From Felis catus (Eukaryota): a DNA stretch of 64,000 bases. The position numbers and the translations under genes were made by a program. Each line of letters starts with the position of its first letter. Position 1 is the stretch's first letter. Shown here one piece after another: positions 1 through 11,896 of this stretch. The stretch lies in the NCBI RefSeq assembly GCF_018350175.1, contig NC_058368.1:121026001-121090000 (forward strand). Direction: 5' to 3'. A model generated the notes under the pieces. It ran no database searches, was not told the origin of the DNA, and saw nothing but the letters and a program-made list of their open reading frames with translations.

Positions 1-9
1 CTATACCCA

Positions 10-105
10 TATATTAATATATAGGTGAGGAACCTGAGACTCAAGGAAATACCTTGCCCACAATCCACAGCCCGTTAGGGGGAGGGCCAGGATTGGACCC
101 CAAGG
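10..105 (-). mobile_element. MIR fragment
   Basis: ggtgaggaacctgagactcaagg...ccttgcccacaatccacagc resembles the reverse MIR core. Confidence 0.6.
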
Positions 106-1054
106 ACCCCAACACCTCTCGATCTGCCCTTCCTGCATTCATGTGGGGAGCTCAAAGGAGGTGGAGAACCAGAGTCAACGTGGAAGATGGTTCAGGAGAC
201 CTTTAGGAATGGAGCTTACAACTGATGTCAGAAACAGAGTCATTTCTATTTTATACATTCAAGCTTTTAATAGGCTACATTAGGGCACAAGAGATGTGGG
301 ACCCATAATGTTGTCTGTCAGAAATTACATTTATTTAACCTCTTTTAATTAAGGATGTGTGGCATCCTTAGGAGGTTTGCCCAAAAAATGCTGAAATGGC
401 AGCTTTGGAATCGTCACGTTCCTCATCTGTAATAAAAGTGCACACAGAAATTAGTCTCAGGGCAACTGCTAAGCCCTCAGTCAGCTAAAAAGCAATGGAG
501 GCTCTGAATCAACACTGAGAAATGTCCATCTTTTCAAAACAAGGAAAGACTTAACTATATTCAAATCAAGTCAGAAAAAAAAATAGGACTTTCAGGATGG
601 TTTTTATCAGATGTTGTCAGATTCCAGTAAGGGATAACCCAAAATGCACAGAAGGGGTGGAAAAGGCCATTGGAGACCAGCAGAATACAGACAGCATGCA
701 CTCTATACATCTTTGTTCTGTTCCAGGTTTTATTCCTTTCACCTCAAAAGGGACTTGGCACATAGTCAACATTCAGTCAACTGTTAACCAATAAATGATT
801 ATTAAATATATCCAGCATGGTTCCAGGAAAAGGGGTGTCTGCGAACAATTCTGGGGGTCATGGGTGGCTAGGGCGGGCTTGTAGCAGCAGTTCCCCACCA
901 GCTCCCCACCAGCTCCCTTCCATCCAGACCATGCCCTGTGGTATGTACCTGGCTTGTAATGAATATCTGCCTTCAAGAGTCTCCTCACTACCAAGTCCAC
1001 AAAAGGTTGGAAACCCTTGATACAATAAAACAAGATGCATCAAGAAAGAAAAGG

Positions 1055-1185
1055 ATCTTAACTCTTACTGTTAGCTGGGGAACCTTGAGCAAGTCCCTTC
1101 CCTTCCCTGGGCCCCAGTTTCACCCTTCACAGAATAGTTCGAGTTTAGTTCCATTATCTTGAAAGGTCCTTCCAGTTCTAGCATA
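1055..1185 (+). mobile_element. MIR/MIR3 fragment
   Basis: tagctggggaaccttgagcaagtcccttcc...ggccccagtttc...aaggtccttccagttcta. Confidence 0.7.
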
Positions 1186-2686
1186 GTTTTAGTTCATCAT
1201 TTTAATTATCATCCAAGTTCATTTTTTCTTTCTTCTTCATATTTGTCTCATTTGCTTCATTTTCTTTACAACAAGCCTTTATTTTTTTGTAGGAAGACGT
1301 ATTTTCAAAGACATATAAATTAAACTAAAAAAATCCCTCCCAAGTATGCCCTGCATTTGCATTGCTTTTAACCAAAGCTAGCGGAGATGTTTTTCCACGT
1401 TCTCGCCTGGGGAGAACAGAATTTAAAGTCATGCTGTAGGGAGAGCTGGAGCCTTCAAAAGCAAGTAATGCTTAATCTGTTCTATTTCTGAAGCACAAAA
1501 TAAAACCAAACAAAAAAGAGAAATAAGCTACCGCTTCGCCAGTGCCAAGTTCCCTCATGCATAAATAGAGATCCATCCAGAAAAACAGCCTTCTCAGTCG
1601 GGTGGGACAAATCCTTGTGTGCTTTTGTGGAAAATTCCCCATACTGGCATCAAGGACATGGTCTACAGCTGCTGCCAGGTATGTGCAGAAAACCACCACA
1701 CAAGTTTGGAGATGCCATGCTCTCTGCCAGGGCAAGTGAAAGAAAAAGCTTCCCCATCCCTTGATCCCAAGGAGTAAGGACAGCTGACAGTTCCTGAGCC
1801 GACTCCAAGACCATACTGAGAAAACCCTGTTTGTCAGAGGTCTGATTTTAGACCTTGAGTCTCCATTTTTGGTGTGTGCTTTTTACTGGCCCACCAATGC
1901 CCTCTCTAACCTCATTCTGCCCACAATGAATTTGAGCGCTTAGTGCTGCTTCCTCATGGACTTAGGGCTGTCCTCTCTCCTTTTTCCTAATACCTCATGA
2001 GGCACAGAGCCACAGTCATTGCCAAGTATAATCATATGGCTTCCTATAACATCTCTCCCAGGTCGTTAGACTTTAACGGGAATGTAAGAATCATTTTCTA
2101 CTTATGCAATTTCTGATTTTGGGGAGACTGGTGCAGGGAAAGCTCCTGGATCCATGTGAAATCAGACATCATACCTCTATCACTCAAAGTCCAAGACTGG
2201 GACTCTTTTTCCTCTTTATCTACATATTCTCTCTAGGAAAGCCCACCCAAACCCCTGGCTTTAAATACCACATCTATTTTAAGGTCTTCTAGATCTCTCC
2301 TGGCAATCCATACTCATCATCGAATCTCTACTTGTCACTTCTGGCTGGTAATCTAATAAGAATTACTAGATTGCCCTCATCTTGAAGGGCAAGAGTTCTC
2401 TCTTCATTTCTTTTTAATGCTATACAGATCTAACACCCACTCAATTACTCAACCAAAAAAAAAAAATCTCCAAGTTATCTTTGGGTTTTTTTTTCCTCTT
2501 TATGTCCCACAATCAATTCAATGGTAGACGAAACTATCTTGCCAAGAATCCCAACAACACTTTCTCTCCTTCTCCATTACCCCTAATCTAACCTGAGCCA
2601 TCATTTCTTGCCCATTGTCATACCCCCCTTACTGATCTCCCTAAAATCCATTTCCCACAGAGCAGCCAGTTCAAAGTTTTTTTTTT

Positions 2687-2876
2687 TTTATTTTCTTCTA
2701 ATGTTTATTTTTGGGAGACAGAGTGCAAAGAGGGGAGGAGAAGAGATTGAGGGAGACACAGAGTCGGTAGCAGGCTCCAGGCTCCGAGGGGTCAGCACGG
2801 AGCCCCATGCGGGGCTTGAACCCATGAACCGTCAGATTATGACCTGAGCCGAAGTTGGACATTGAACCAACTGAGC
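2687..2876 (-). mobile_element. SINEC (feline Fc2-like), slightly 5'-truncated
   Basis: Reverse SINEC body; TSD caaagtttttttttt at 2672-2686 and 2877-2891. Confidence 0.9.
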
Positions 2877-2893
2877 CAAAGTTTTTTTTTTGG

Positions 2894-3121
2894 TTTTTTT
2901 TTTTTTAATTTTTTTTTTCAACGTTTATTTATTTATTTTTGGGAGAGAGACAGAGCATGAACGGGGGAGGGGCAGAGAGAGAGGGAGACACAGAATCGGA
3001 AACAGGCTCCAGGCTCTGAGCCATCAGCCGAGAGCCCGACGTGGGGCTCGAACTCACAGACCGAGAGATCGTGACCTGGCTGAAGTCGGACGCTTAACCG
3101 ACTGCGCCACCCAGGCGCCCC
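2894..3121 (-). mobile_element. SINEC_Fc, young
   Basis: Near-consensus ggggcgcctgggtggcgcagtcggttaagcgtccgacttcagccaggtcacg on the minus strand, with CpGs intact. Confidence 0.97.
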
Positions 3122-3891
3122 TGTTTTTTTTTTTAAACAGAGACTCAACCAAGTCACTCTTTCCTACTTAAAACCTTTCAGGACTTCCCATCACACTTAG
3201 AAGCAAATTCTAACTTCCTGCCCTAGCTTACAAAGTCCTACATGATCTGATGCCTGTTTTCCTGTCAGACCTCCTTCTGCTCCCATTTCACCCACCATTA
3301 TGTACCATCACTGGCCTTTTTCCCCTCTACTTCACACCCATCAAGCTGGTTCCTGCTTTGCAGACTTCAAGTGAAGCTCACTCTTCTGAAATGTTCCTCA
3401 TTTGTTGGCTTAAGTCTAAGACTGTTATTAAAATGCAAAACCCAAGATCTTCCCCATTGTTCACATAGTTTCTCTCTCTCACACTGCATCACACACAATG
3501 GGCTCTCAATTGATACGTATTGAATGAATGGATGGATGGTCTTGACTCATCCCTTTAATAGACACATTGATTTGGGTAGGGACCCCAACCTCAGGGTGCT
3601 TGGGAACCTCTTTCTCATCTTGAAGGGCAAGAATTCTTCTCTCTCTGCATTTCTTTTTAATGCTATACAGATGTAACATTAAAGACACTTTGAAAATATG
3701 AAAAGGCAACCCGTAATACCATCATCATAGCAAATCGGTTCTGTTCACAAATTATTTCCTTTCACTTTTTATTCACAAGCATATGTAGCTTTCACAAAAT
3801 TATCACCAAAGGTTGTACACTGTTTTACTGGGTTGCTTTTCATACTTACTATTCTAAATATTTTCTAGGCTACTGCGTATTTTTGTAATAT

Positions 3892-4008
3892 TAATGATAG
3901 CTAACATTTCGGAGTTTATTTGCCAGGCATAGTTCAAAGCATGGGTATTGGCTTGTCTTACCTGCACAGTAACTGAAAGGAAGGCAGTATTATTTCCATT
4001 TTGTAGAT
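3892..4008 (-). mobile_element. MIR fragment
   Basis: gatagctaacattt...tgccaggcatagtt...tattatttccattttgtagat. Confidence 0.65.
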
Positions 4009-4029
4009 TCCCCCTCTAGACTAGGCCTT

Positions 4030-4720
4030 ACATATGCACAATGCATTTATCAACCAATTTCAGTAAGAGATTTTTGTCAAGAATGACCAGCTACAACATA
4101 TATCCATCAATAACAGAATGCATGAATCAAAGATGATGCGTCTGGTCTGTATAGATTTTATTGTTTTTAAAAGAATTACTCAGAAACATGTAAGATAGGT
4201 TTGAAACATCTAAGAAAAACATAAAAATAAAAATAAGAACATTTAAGAGAAAGAAGAAGGATCCCATTAATACTTATTTTAAAAAGTCATGTGCAGTGAA
4301 GTAAAGGAAGACCACATATTGCTTAATTCCATTTACAATGAAATATTCAGACAACACAAATTCACAATGATGGAAATGTTATTCATGGTTGCCAGACATG
4401 GCTCAATTTGTGAACACACTAAAAGCCACTGTTATGTGGGTTGTATTACAAGGAAGAATAGATTTAAGAAGTAAATGAAGCAGTGGTGTAACACATACAT
4501 ATGGATTTAAATATAAAGAAAAGGGATAAAAGGATGCACAGAACATGGTTCATTGAAGAGGAAGGAAGTGGAGGCAGGGAGAGGAAATCTCAGTGTCTCC
4601 CCCTGTAGTTCTAGGTCATTTGAATCATAGGCTGGGAATAATTCACAATTAAAATGTTTTGATTACTTCTTTAATTTACAATAATCCTCTGTGTAATAAA
4701 TAACAAAAATTTTAAAATTC
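4030..4720 (+). mobile_element. Old L1M 3'-end fragments
   Basis: tatccatcaataacagaatg; accacatattgcttaattccatttacaatgaaatattcag. Confidence 0.5.
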
Positions 4721-4895
4721 AAGTCAAATAACTAAAATAAACACGGATTTTTGTCAGCCCACCCGGCTATTAAAATGAAGAGAAATTATACACATAAGAG
4801 GACTTAAGGGTCATGTTTCTCCTCATTGGTCAGAGAGGAGGCCGAGTATTTTCTCCATGGTTTTAACAGACTACTACATTAAAAATATCCACACA

Positions 4896-5088
4896 GGGAC
4901 ACCTGGATGGCTCAGTTAGTTGAGCGTCAGACTCCAGTTCAGGTCATGATGTCATGGTTCCTGAGTTTGAGCCCCACATCAGGGTCACCACTGTAAGCCT
5001 GTCAGCACAGAGCCAGCTTCAGATCCTGTGCCTCCCTCTCCATGCCCCTCCCCGACTTACACTTTCCCCAAAATAACTTTTTTTTTTT
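4896..5088 (+). mobile_element. SINEC (feline Fc3-like)
   Basis: gggacacctggatggctcagttagttgagcgtcagact...gtcagcacagagcc. Confidence 0.88.
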
Positions 5089-5106
5089 AAATAGCCACAT
5101 ATACAA

Positions 5107-5220
5107 GATGCCTGGGTGGCTCAGTCAGTTAAGTGTCCCAACTCTTCATTTCAGCTCAGGTCATTACCTTGGGATTCTTTCTTTCTCTATCAGCCCCTTC
5201 CCTGCTTGCACACACACAGG
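5107..5220 (+). mobile_element. SINEC, internally deleted
   Basis: tgcctgggtggctcagtcagttaagtgtcccaactcttcatttcagctcaggtcat joined directly to ttgggattct. Confidence 0.8.
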
Positions 5221-5319
5221 TGCTGACAGCTCTCAAATAATCACACTAGATAAAGCTTTATTTTCCTACTTTTACCTCACCCAAAAGTACAAAATGACAA
5301 AGTAGATAAAGTAGAGGCT

Positions 5320-6237
5320 CTCTACTTAGAAGAACCAACGTAATCTAGAGACAAACTATTATAATAAATAAGAGAGCTTAACAATTCTGCTGATACATGA
5401 TTGACCTACAAAGATCAATAGTATTAGTCAACATCAGCAATGACCAATTCGAGAATAGAAGATACGCAACAAAAATAGAAGGTAACTTAGGAATTAAGCT
5501 GAGCAGTAATCCCTCTAGAAAACAATTTTAAAATCTAATGAAGGTCATTAAAGATGTTCAGAATACATGGAAGTTCCGACAGTTTTTTACATGGAAAATT
5601 TTCCATCACTTATCTGTCAATTTCCAACTTTCAACTTCAACATTTTGAGCAAGAGATAGTATTTACTTCAAAATTTACATCGAACAAAAACGTATAGGTC
5701 TATGTGTGGCTCAGTCAACTTTAAAACAAAAACTGAAAAGCTGGCAAGCAGATGCTAAGACACACTCTAAAGCCATAATAATAAAATAAACCAATGGAGC
5801 AGAGTAAATCTCTTAGAAACACTTATGTGTATATGAATACCTCATATGTGACAAAATGCAAGTAAGAAAAGAATTGTTTAAGGGAAGGTAATGGGAAAAT
5901 TTGTTCACTGCATGGAGAAAAATCAAACTATAAAAACGCCGTAATGCTATATAAAAAGCAAGACTCTTGATAGGTTTGAGATATAAAGGCAACAAAACTA
6001 TAGTGTTAACTGAAAAAAGTTTGTTGGAATTCATAAACAAAATAAAGTAACAAAAGCATATATGGGGAACCTGACTGGCTCAGTCAGTGGAGAATGTGGC
6101 TCTTGATCTTTGGGTCCCGAGTTCAAACACTATGTTTGGTGTAGAGATTAAGTAAACTTAAAAAAATAAAAATAAAAAGCATATATTATGAGGGGAAGAA
6201 GTGTGATCCAGTTCAGTCACATTTAAGAATTCCTGTT
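5320..6237 (+). mobile_element. Old L1 (L1ME-like) ORF2 3' segment, left half of a split element
   Basis: Degenerate ORF2 C-terminal sequence ending ...tcagtcacatttaagaattcctgtt; resumes at about 16000. Confidence 0.6.
6064..6174 (+). mobile_element. SINEC_old (short tRNA-derived carnivore SINE)
   Basis: ggggaacctgactggctcagtcagtggagaatg...gtagagatta; TSD aaaagcatatat on both sides. Confidence 0.88.
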
Positions 6238-6917
6238 TCTGGGTGGGCCCAAGATAAGCGTAACACCTAAGTAAGAATCACTCTACAATTTTTTCAAACA
6301 AGCTACACAGATTAACTGGAAAAACAAATAAAACCACAGAAAACCCAACACTTCAGCCTAACTACCAGACTAAGAGCACTAGCTCCCCCCCAGCAAGCGT
6401 TTGTAGAGAGTGAGAGAAGCCCAAGAAAACTGGGGAAGGATAGAGAAGGGGATACTGGCCTTGTACATGGAAGGCAAGGAGAAACTGAAGAAAGAGGCAG
6501 GTACAGGCCACTCGTCATGCGTAGGCAGAAAATTTAACAAACAAGATAACTTACCTATGCAGCTTCTCACAAACACTGCAAAACTAGAAATCATCCACAC
6601 GCACCTCCCCCATCTTAAGAGTTTATATAGAGGCCTTAATTGGATTCAGCAGATGTTCTCAAGAGCTCACTGCTCTCTCAACGCTGTGACCTGGAAAACC
6701 GCTTCAGCTGTGGCAGAGGTGGGAGGAAGGGAGGAACCTCTGATTGCCTGGGTTCCAGCCCAAAGGTCAACCAAAGGTCATATCCTCTTGAAGTTCTCCT
6801 CCAACAGGGGTGTAGTTGCCTAAGATTGATTAAAATCACCTCTGGAAACAGAAAGTCCATACTAATTGTGACAAAACTCAGTAAGAAGAAGTCATTTGTC
6901 ACAAATTTTTGTCACAA

Positions 6918-7025
6918 CTGGCTGACTCAGAAAAACATGTGACTCTTGATCTCAGGGTTTTGAGTTCAAGCCCCACGTTTGATGTAGAGATTACTTAAAT
7001 AAAAATTAACAACAACAACAACAAA
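6918..7025 (+). mobile_element. SINEC_old, 5'-truncated
   Basis: ctggctgactcagaaaaacatgtgactcttgatctcaggg...gtagagattacttaaataaaa. Confidence 0.85.
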
Positions 7026-7277
7026 AGAATGACTACAGAAAAGAGATGTAAAGGTGCGCAGGAGCCCAGATGGCAACCTCAGGAAGATACAACATCTCAA
7101 GGGAAAAGAAACACGTTAGAGTCTGGGATGGTGAGGAAAAAAGCAAGCTTGTGAAGGAAATTTGGTATCCTACAAGACAAAAACAAATTTTCAAATTGGG
7201 AAATACCCAGCAACTTTCCAGCTATGATAGATACAGACAGACAGAAAGATCATCAATAGATAGAAAGATATCCATTA

Positions 7278-7781
7278 CTGATGCATAGGGGCACTTGTAC
7301 CCCAATGTTTACAGCAGTACTCTCAACAATAGCCAAATTATGGAAAGAGCCTAAATGTCCATCAACTGATAAATGGATAAAGAAATTGTGGTTTATATAC
7401 ACAATGGAGTACTACACAGCAATGAGAAAGAATGAAATATGGCCCTTTGTAGCAACGTGGATGGAACTGGAGAGTGTGATGCTAAGTGAAATAAGTCATA
7501 CAGAGAAAGACAGATACCAAATGTGTTCACTCTTATGTGGATCCTGAGAAACTTAACAGAAACCCATGGGGGAGGGGAAGGAAAAAAACAAAAAGAGGTT
7601 AGAGTGGAAGAGAGCCAAAGCATAAGAGACTGTTAAAAACTGAGAACAAACAGGGCTGATGGGGGGTGGGAGGGAGGGGGGGGTGGGTGATGGGTATTGA
7701 GGAGGGCACCTTTTGGGATGAGCACTGGGTATTGTATGGAAACCAATTTGACAATAAATTTCATATATTGCAAAAAAAAAA
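7278..7781 (+). mobile_element. Young feline L1 (L1_Fc) 5'-truncated 3' end
   Basis: Intact ORF2 C-terminus (CTPMF...WKEPKCPSTDKWIKKLWFIYTMEYY...), G-rich 3'UTR, poly(A), and perfect 14-bp TSD aaagatatccatta at 7264-7277 and 7782-7795. Confidence 0.96.
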
Positions 7782-8523
7782 AAAGATATCCATTAAAGAT
7801 GCTGCATTTCACTTCACAAACATAAGAGGAAGTTCCCAAAATAAACAACTTGCAATCTTCCCAAATTGCCAATCCGATCCACAAAATAGAGACTCCAAGA
7901 TAGTCTACATTTATACAAATTTGGAAAAATAAAACTGAAATTTAAAATTGAGACATTGAAACTGGTTAACATTCTCCCACACCACCCTCAAAACAACAGC
8001 AAAGAGAAAGAAACTATATTGCACAATACTCCAGACCAAATCCAGTATTTTCAAGCAATCATAGGAGAATATGAAAAACACCTGAATCAGATTATCAAAC
8101 TCTAAGGAACCAGATGGACATAAAACAGGAAGAATAAAGTAAAAGCTGATGAAATGAAATAGAATAAAAAGAAAAAAACTCATCTCAAAATAAAAAAGAA
8201 AACTGCAAGTTGCCCTAGGAAGTTTATAATTGGATGAACATTTAATAAAAGGAAAGGAAATGGAAAAACAACCAAGATAATAACCATAAGATAAAACATT
8301 TTAAAAAGATCAAAAAGAGGGTAGTTTAAATGGAAGATGAGCAAAGGAGATCCAATTGCACATAAAAACAAAACAATGGAATAAAATATTTTAAAATATA
8401 ATCCATGAAAAGTTTCGAGAAATTTTAGAAAATCGAAATCCACATACTAAACAGGCCCACCAGCTACCCGGGAAAATTTACCCAGAATGATCAACCCTCA
8501 GAAATGAGACCTGAGAGAAATTT

Positions 8524-8552
8524 AAAACAAAACAAAACAAAACAAAACAAAA
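8524..8552 (+). repeat. (AAAAC)n simple repeat
   Basis: aaaacaaaacaaaacaaaacaaaacaaaa. Confidence 0.9.
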
Positions 8553-9055
8553 CTCAGGTCTCTAGTCAGGCAAAAGTACTAGAAATTTTAAATTTTAAAA
8601 TAGCAAGAAAATTCAGCTAGAATCTGACTTCCCAAGAGCCACATACAAAACAAGGCAGGAACCAAGCAACATTTGCAAGAAACTCAAGGGGGAAACATGT
8701 GAACCAAGGATTTTATATCCAGCTAAGCTGTTCTTCAGTATGAAGGCCATAAACAAAAAGTAACTTAAAAAAAAATCTTTACACATGTAAGAACTTGGGA
8801 AATACTGTAGCAATGAGTTCTTGAAGAAACTGCCAAGGGATGCATTTCATCCAAGTTATGACTGAGGAAATTTAGGCAAAAGGAGTAACAGGATTTAATA
8901 CATCTAGTTTTAGATGTAGGTTTAAAAAATAGAGGCAAGAGTAGAATAATATAAAATGCTATAGATTCTGATGAAGGAAATATGAGTAAATGAGAGGTGA
9001 AAGAGAATGGAGAAGGCATGTAAAACACAGAATCAATTCATTGATGTTGCATAGA

Positions 9056-9777
9056 AGCAGTTCTCAAATTTTTTGATCTCTGAAATCCTTTACACTTCTC
9101 AAATTTTTGAGAACTTCAGAAGGTTTTTGTTTATTAAATTGTAGATATCAATATTTTCCATATTAGCAATTAAACCTGAGAGTTTATTTACTTAAAAATA
9201 ACAAGAGGGGCGCCTGGGTGGCTCAGTCAGTTGAGCATCTGGCTTCAGCTCAGGTCATGATCTCATGGTTTGTGAGTTCGAGCCCCGTGTTGGGCTCTGT
9301 GCTGACAGCTTGGAGCCTGGAGCCTGTTTTGGATTCCGTGTCTCCCTCTCTCTCTGGCCCTTCCCCACTCACGATCTGTCTCTCTCTCTCTCAAAAATAA
9401 ATAAACATTAAAAAAAATTTAAAAAACAACTAGAATAAATCTATCACATGGTAACATAAATAACATTTTTAGAAAAATGATACTTTTCCCAAAAAAAATA
9501 TAGTGACAAAAGTGGCATCATCTACATTTTTGAAAATCCCTCTTAGGTGTGGCTTAAGATAGCTGGATTGTCATAGTGTTTCCCACATTTCATTAGCCAT
9601 CACAGTGATAACATCATCACGTATCAGGCAGCCTCTGGAAAATTTTCATATGAATTCATGAGAAAATGTGAATGGAAAAGCAAAATGATGTCTCAGTATT
9701 ATTATGAAAATGGCCTGACTCACAAACTCCCTGAAAGGGTTTCAGAGGCCTCAGTGGACCACAGCTTGAAAACATTT
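9056..9777. mobile_element. hAT-Charlie DNA transposon (Charlie1b-like), interrupted by a SINE
   Basis: End cagttctcaaattttttgatctc...cctttacac; internal agtggcatc...tacatttttg and gcctctggaaaa; end ctgaaagggt...ggaccacagcttgaaaac. Confidence 0.8.
9207..9421 (+). mobile_element. SINEC_Fc2-like
   Basis: ggggcgcctgggtggctcagtcagttgagcatctggcttcagctcaggtcatgatctc, CT-rich region and A tail. Confidence 0.95.
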
Positions 9778-9830
9778 ATTGTGCAGATAAAAGGGAGGAG
9801 TCAAAGGATACATTAGAAGCTGATAAATCT

Positions 9831-9944
9831 GGGGTACCTGGCTGGCTCAATCAAAAGAGTGTGGGAGTCTTATTCTTGGGGTTGTGATTTCAAGCCCCAT
9901 GTTGCGTGTAGAGATTACTTAAAAAATAAAATCTTAAAAAAAAA
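9831..9944 (+). mobile_element. SINEC_old
   Basis: ggggtacctggctggctcaa...gtagagattacttaaaaaataaaatctt; degenerate TSD agaa(g/a)ctga(t/c)aaatc. Confidence 0.88.
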
Positions 9945-10011
9945 AGAAACTGACAAATCAGGTAATGAAAGTTAAGAAAACAGTAGAGAAGGGCATTTAA
10001 AAGGTGTTTAA

Positions 10012-10193
10012 GGGGCACGTAGGTGGCTCAGTCAGTTAGGCATCCAACTTTAGCTCAGGTCAAAATCTCACTCTTGAGAGTTTGAGCCTAGCACAGAGCC
10101 TGTTTCAGTCTTCTGTCTCCTCTCTCTGCCCCTCCCCTGCTCATTCTCTCTCTCTATCTCTCTCTCAAAATAAATAAATAATCTTAAAAAAAA
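10012..10193 (+). mobile_element. SINEC, internally deleted
   Basis: SINEC head and tail; TSD aaaaggtgtttaa. Confidence 0.9.
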
Positions 10194-11043
10194 AAAAGGT
10201 GTTTAAGTAAAAAGGTTATCACTGAAATACCTACTCCTAATGGCAAAAGAAACTAAATATTAAAAAGCAAAGCAAACATGTAAGGTAGAGAAACAGAAAA
10301 TATGATAAAATCATATGGTAATTATAACTGAAATAAAATGATAGAATAGAGAATATAACAAGCATATCAACAAATGTGAATTGGCTTAATTCATCTTTCA
10401 AAATAAAAATGACTCACAAAGAAATATCAAATCTGTGATGCATACAAAAGTTACACCTGAGAAACAGTGAATCAGAAGGGCTAAATGCAAAGGGATAAAT
10501 ACAGACATAACAGGCAAAGGAAATCAATAAGAAAACACTGTTTGCCATGCTGATATCAAAGTAGAGTGCAAGCCAAAGACAAATTAATGAAACTAAAGGA
10601 CCTCTGTTAATACTAAAAGCTGTAATTCAAAAGGGAGATATAACATCTACAAATATCTATATACCAAATAACACAGCAACCATCTTTATAAAGCAGTAAC
10701 TACAGGAGAAGCAAGTAGAAATAAATAAACAAAAGCACACCAATAATGTACTTGAGTAAACTACTCTCATAAAACAGGTCAAGGGGACAAAAAATTAATG
10801 AAGCTATAGAAGACTTAAATAACATTCCCAGTAAAACAGATCTTATGGAAACATATCAAACATTAAACCCCGAAAAGAGAAAATTACATTTTCCCCTCAA
10901 GCCTACCAGGAACATTTACAAAATGAATCAACTGCTAGGTCACAAAGAAAGCATCAGTAAGTCACATGGAGAAGAAATAATATAAACAACACTGTATAAT
11001 TATCATGCAATAAGGAATTAATAACAGTATTTAAAAATAAGAT

Positions 11044-11268
11044 GGGGCACCTGGGTGGCTCAGTCAGTTATGTGTGTGACTTTGGCTCGGGTCATGATCT
11101 CCTGGTTCATGGATTCAAGCTTTGCATCCGGCTCTGTGCTGACAGCTCAGAGCCCAGAGCTGGCTTCAGATTCTGTGCCAGCCTCTCTCTCTGCCCTCCC
11201 CCACTCCTGCTCTGTCTCTCTCTCTCTGTCTCTCAAAACTAAATAAACATTAAAAAAATTTTTTTTTA
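11044..11268 (+). mobile_element. SINEC_Fc2-like
   Basis: Full SINEC body with A/T tail. Confidence 0.93.
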
Positions 11269-11676
11269 AATAAGAAAACTCTTTCACCTGAGAATTAAAA
11301 TTTTCCTTTTAAACAAATCTTAAGGGAAAAGGGAAATACAACCCCAAATTTCAAATTTTCCAAAATGTAATGATAATGAAAATACTGCATATCAGAATCT
11401 GTGGAATATATTCAAACAGTAATCAGGAAAAAAATCAAAATCTATGGAATACATTCAAGCAATAATCAGAAAAAAGTAATATACACTTATATCAATAAAA
11501 ATAAAATAATAAAAATTAATGAATTAAGTTGCAAACTAAAAGTATATTTTTTTAAACTTCAGGGGAATGAAGTCATGGCAAGAGGGCCCACAATATTGTG
11601 AGGGTTACTTCCAGAAAATGTTTTTTAAAAGAACAATCAAGTTCAACAAAATGAAGCATAAAGAACAAAATAAGAA

Positions 11677-11896
11677 GGGTGCCTGGGTGGCTCAGTCGGC
11701 TAAGCATCCAACTTTGGCTCAGGTCATGATCTCACAGTTTGTGAGTTTGAGCCCCGCATCGTGCTCTGTGCTGACAGTTCAGAGCCTGGAGCCTGCTTCA
11801 AATTCTATGTCTCCCTCTGTCTATGCTCCTCCTCTGCTCACGCTCAGTCTCTCTCTCCTTCAAAAATAAAACAAAAAATAAAAATAAATTTTAAAA
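11677..11896 (+). mobile_element. SINEC_Fc2-like
   Basis: Full body; TSD aaagaacaaaataaga. Confidence 0.95.

Larger units (their letters stand above)
2200..3540 (+). mobile_element. L2 (L2a-like) 3' portion, interrupted by two SINEs
   Basis: Typical L2 motifs: ggctttaaatacca, cctacttaaaacctttca...ttcccatcacacttagaagcaaattc, ctacatgatctg, and tail tgaatgaatggatggatgg. Confidence 0.75.

Noticed and set aside
3955..6560. Isolated consensus minus-strand donors (about 3961 and 6555)
   Set aside because: They lie inside MIR and L1 fossils with no matching acceptor.
6410..6823. 137-aa ORF
   Set aside because: No recognisable domain, and it lies in the presumed 5' region of a decayed L1.
7281..7547. 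88-aa ORF resembling a real protein
   Set aside because: It is the L1 ORF2 C-terminus of a 5'-truncated insertion.
6064..9944. tRNA-like heads with A/B boxes
   Set aside because: These are tRNA-derived SINEC_old copies with tails and TSDs, not tRNA genes.
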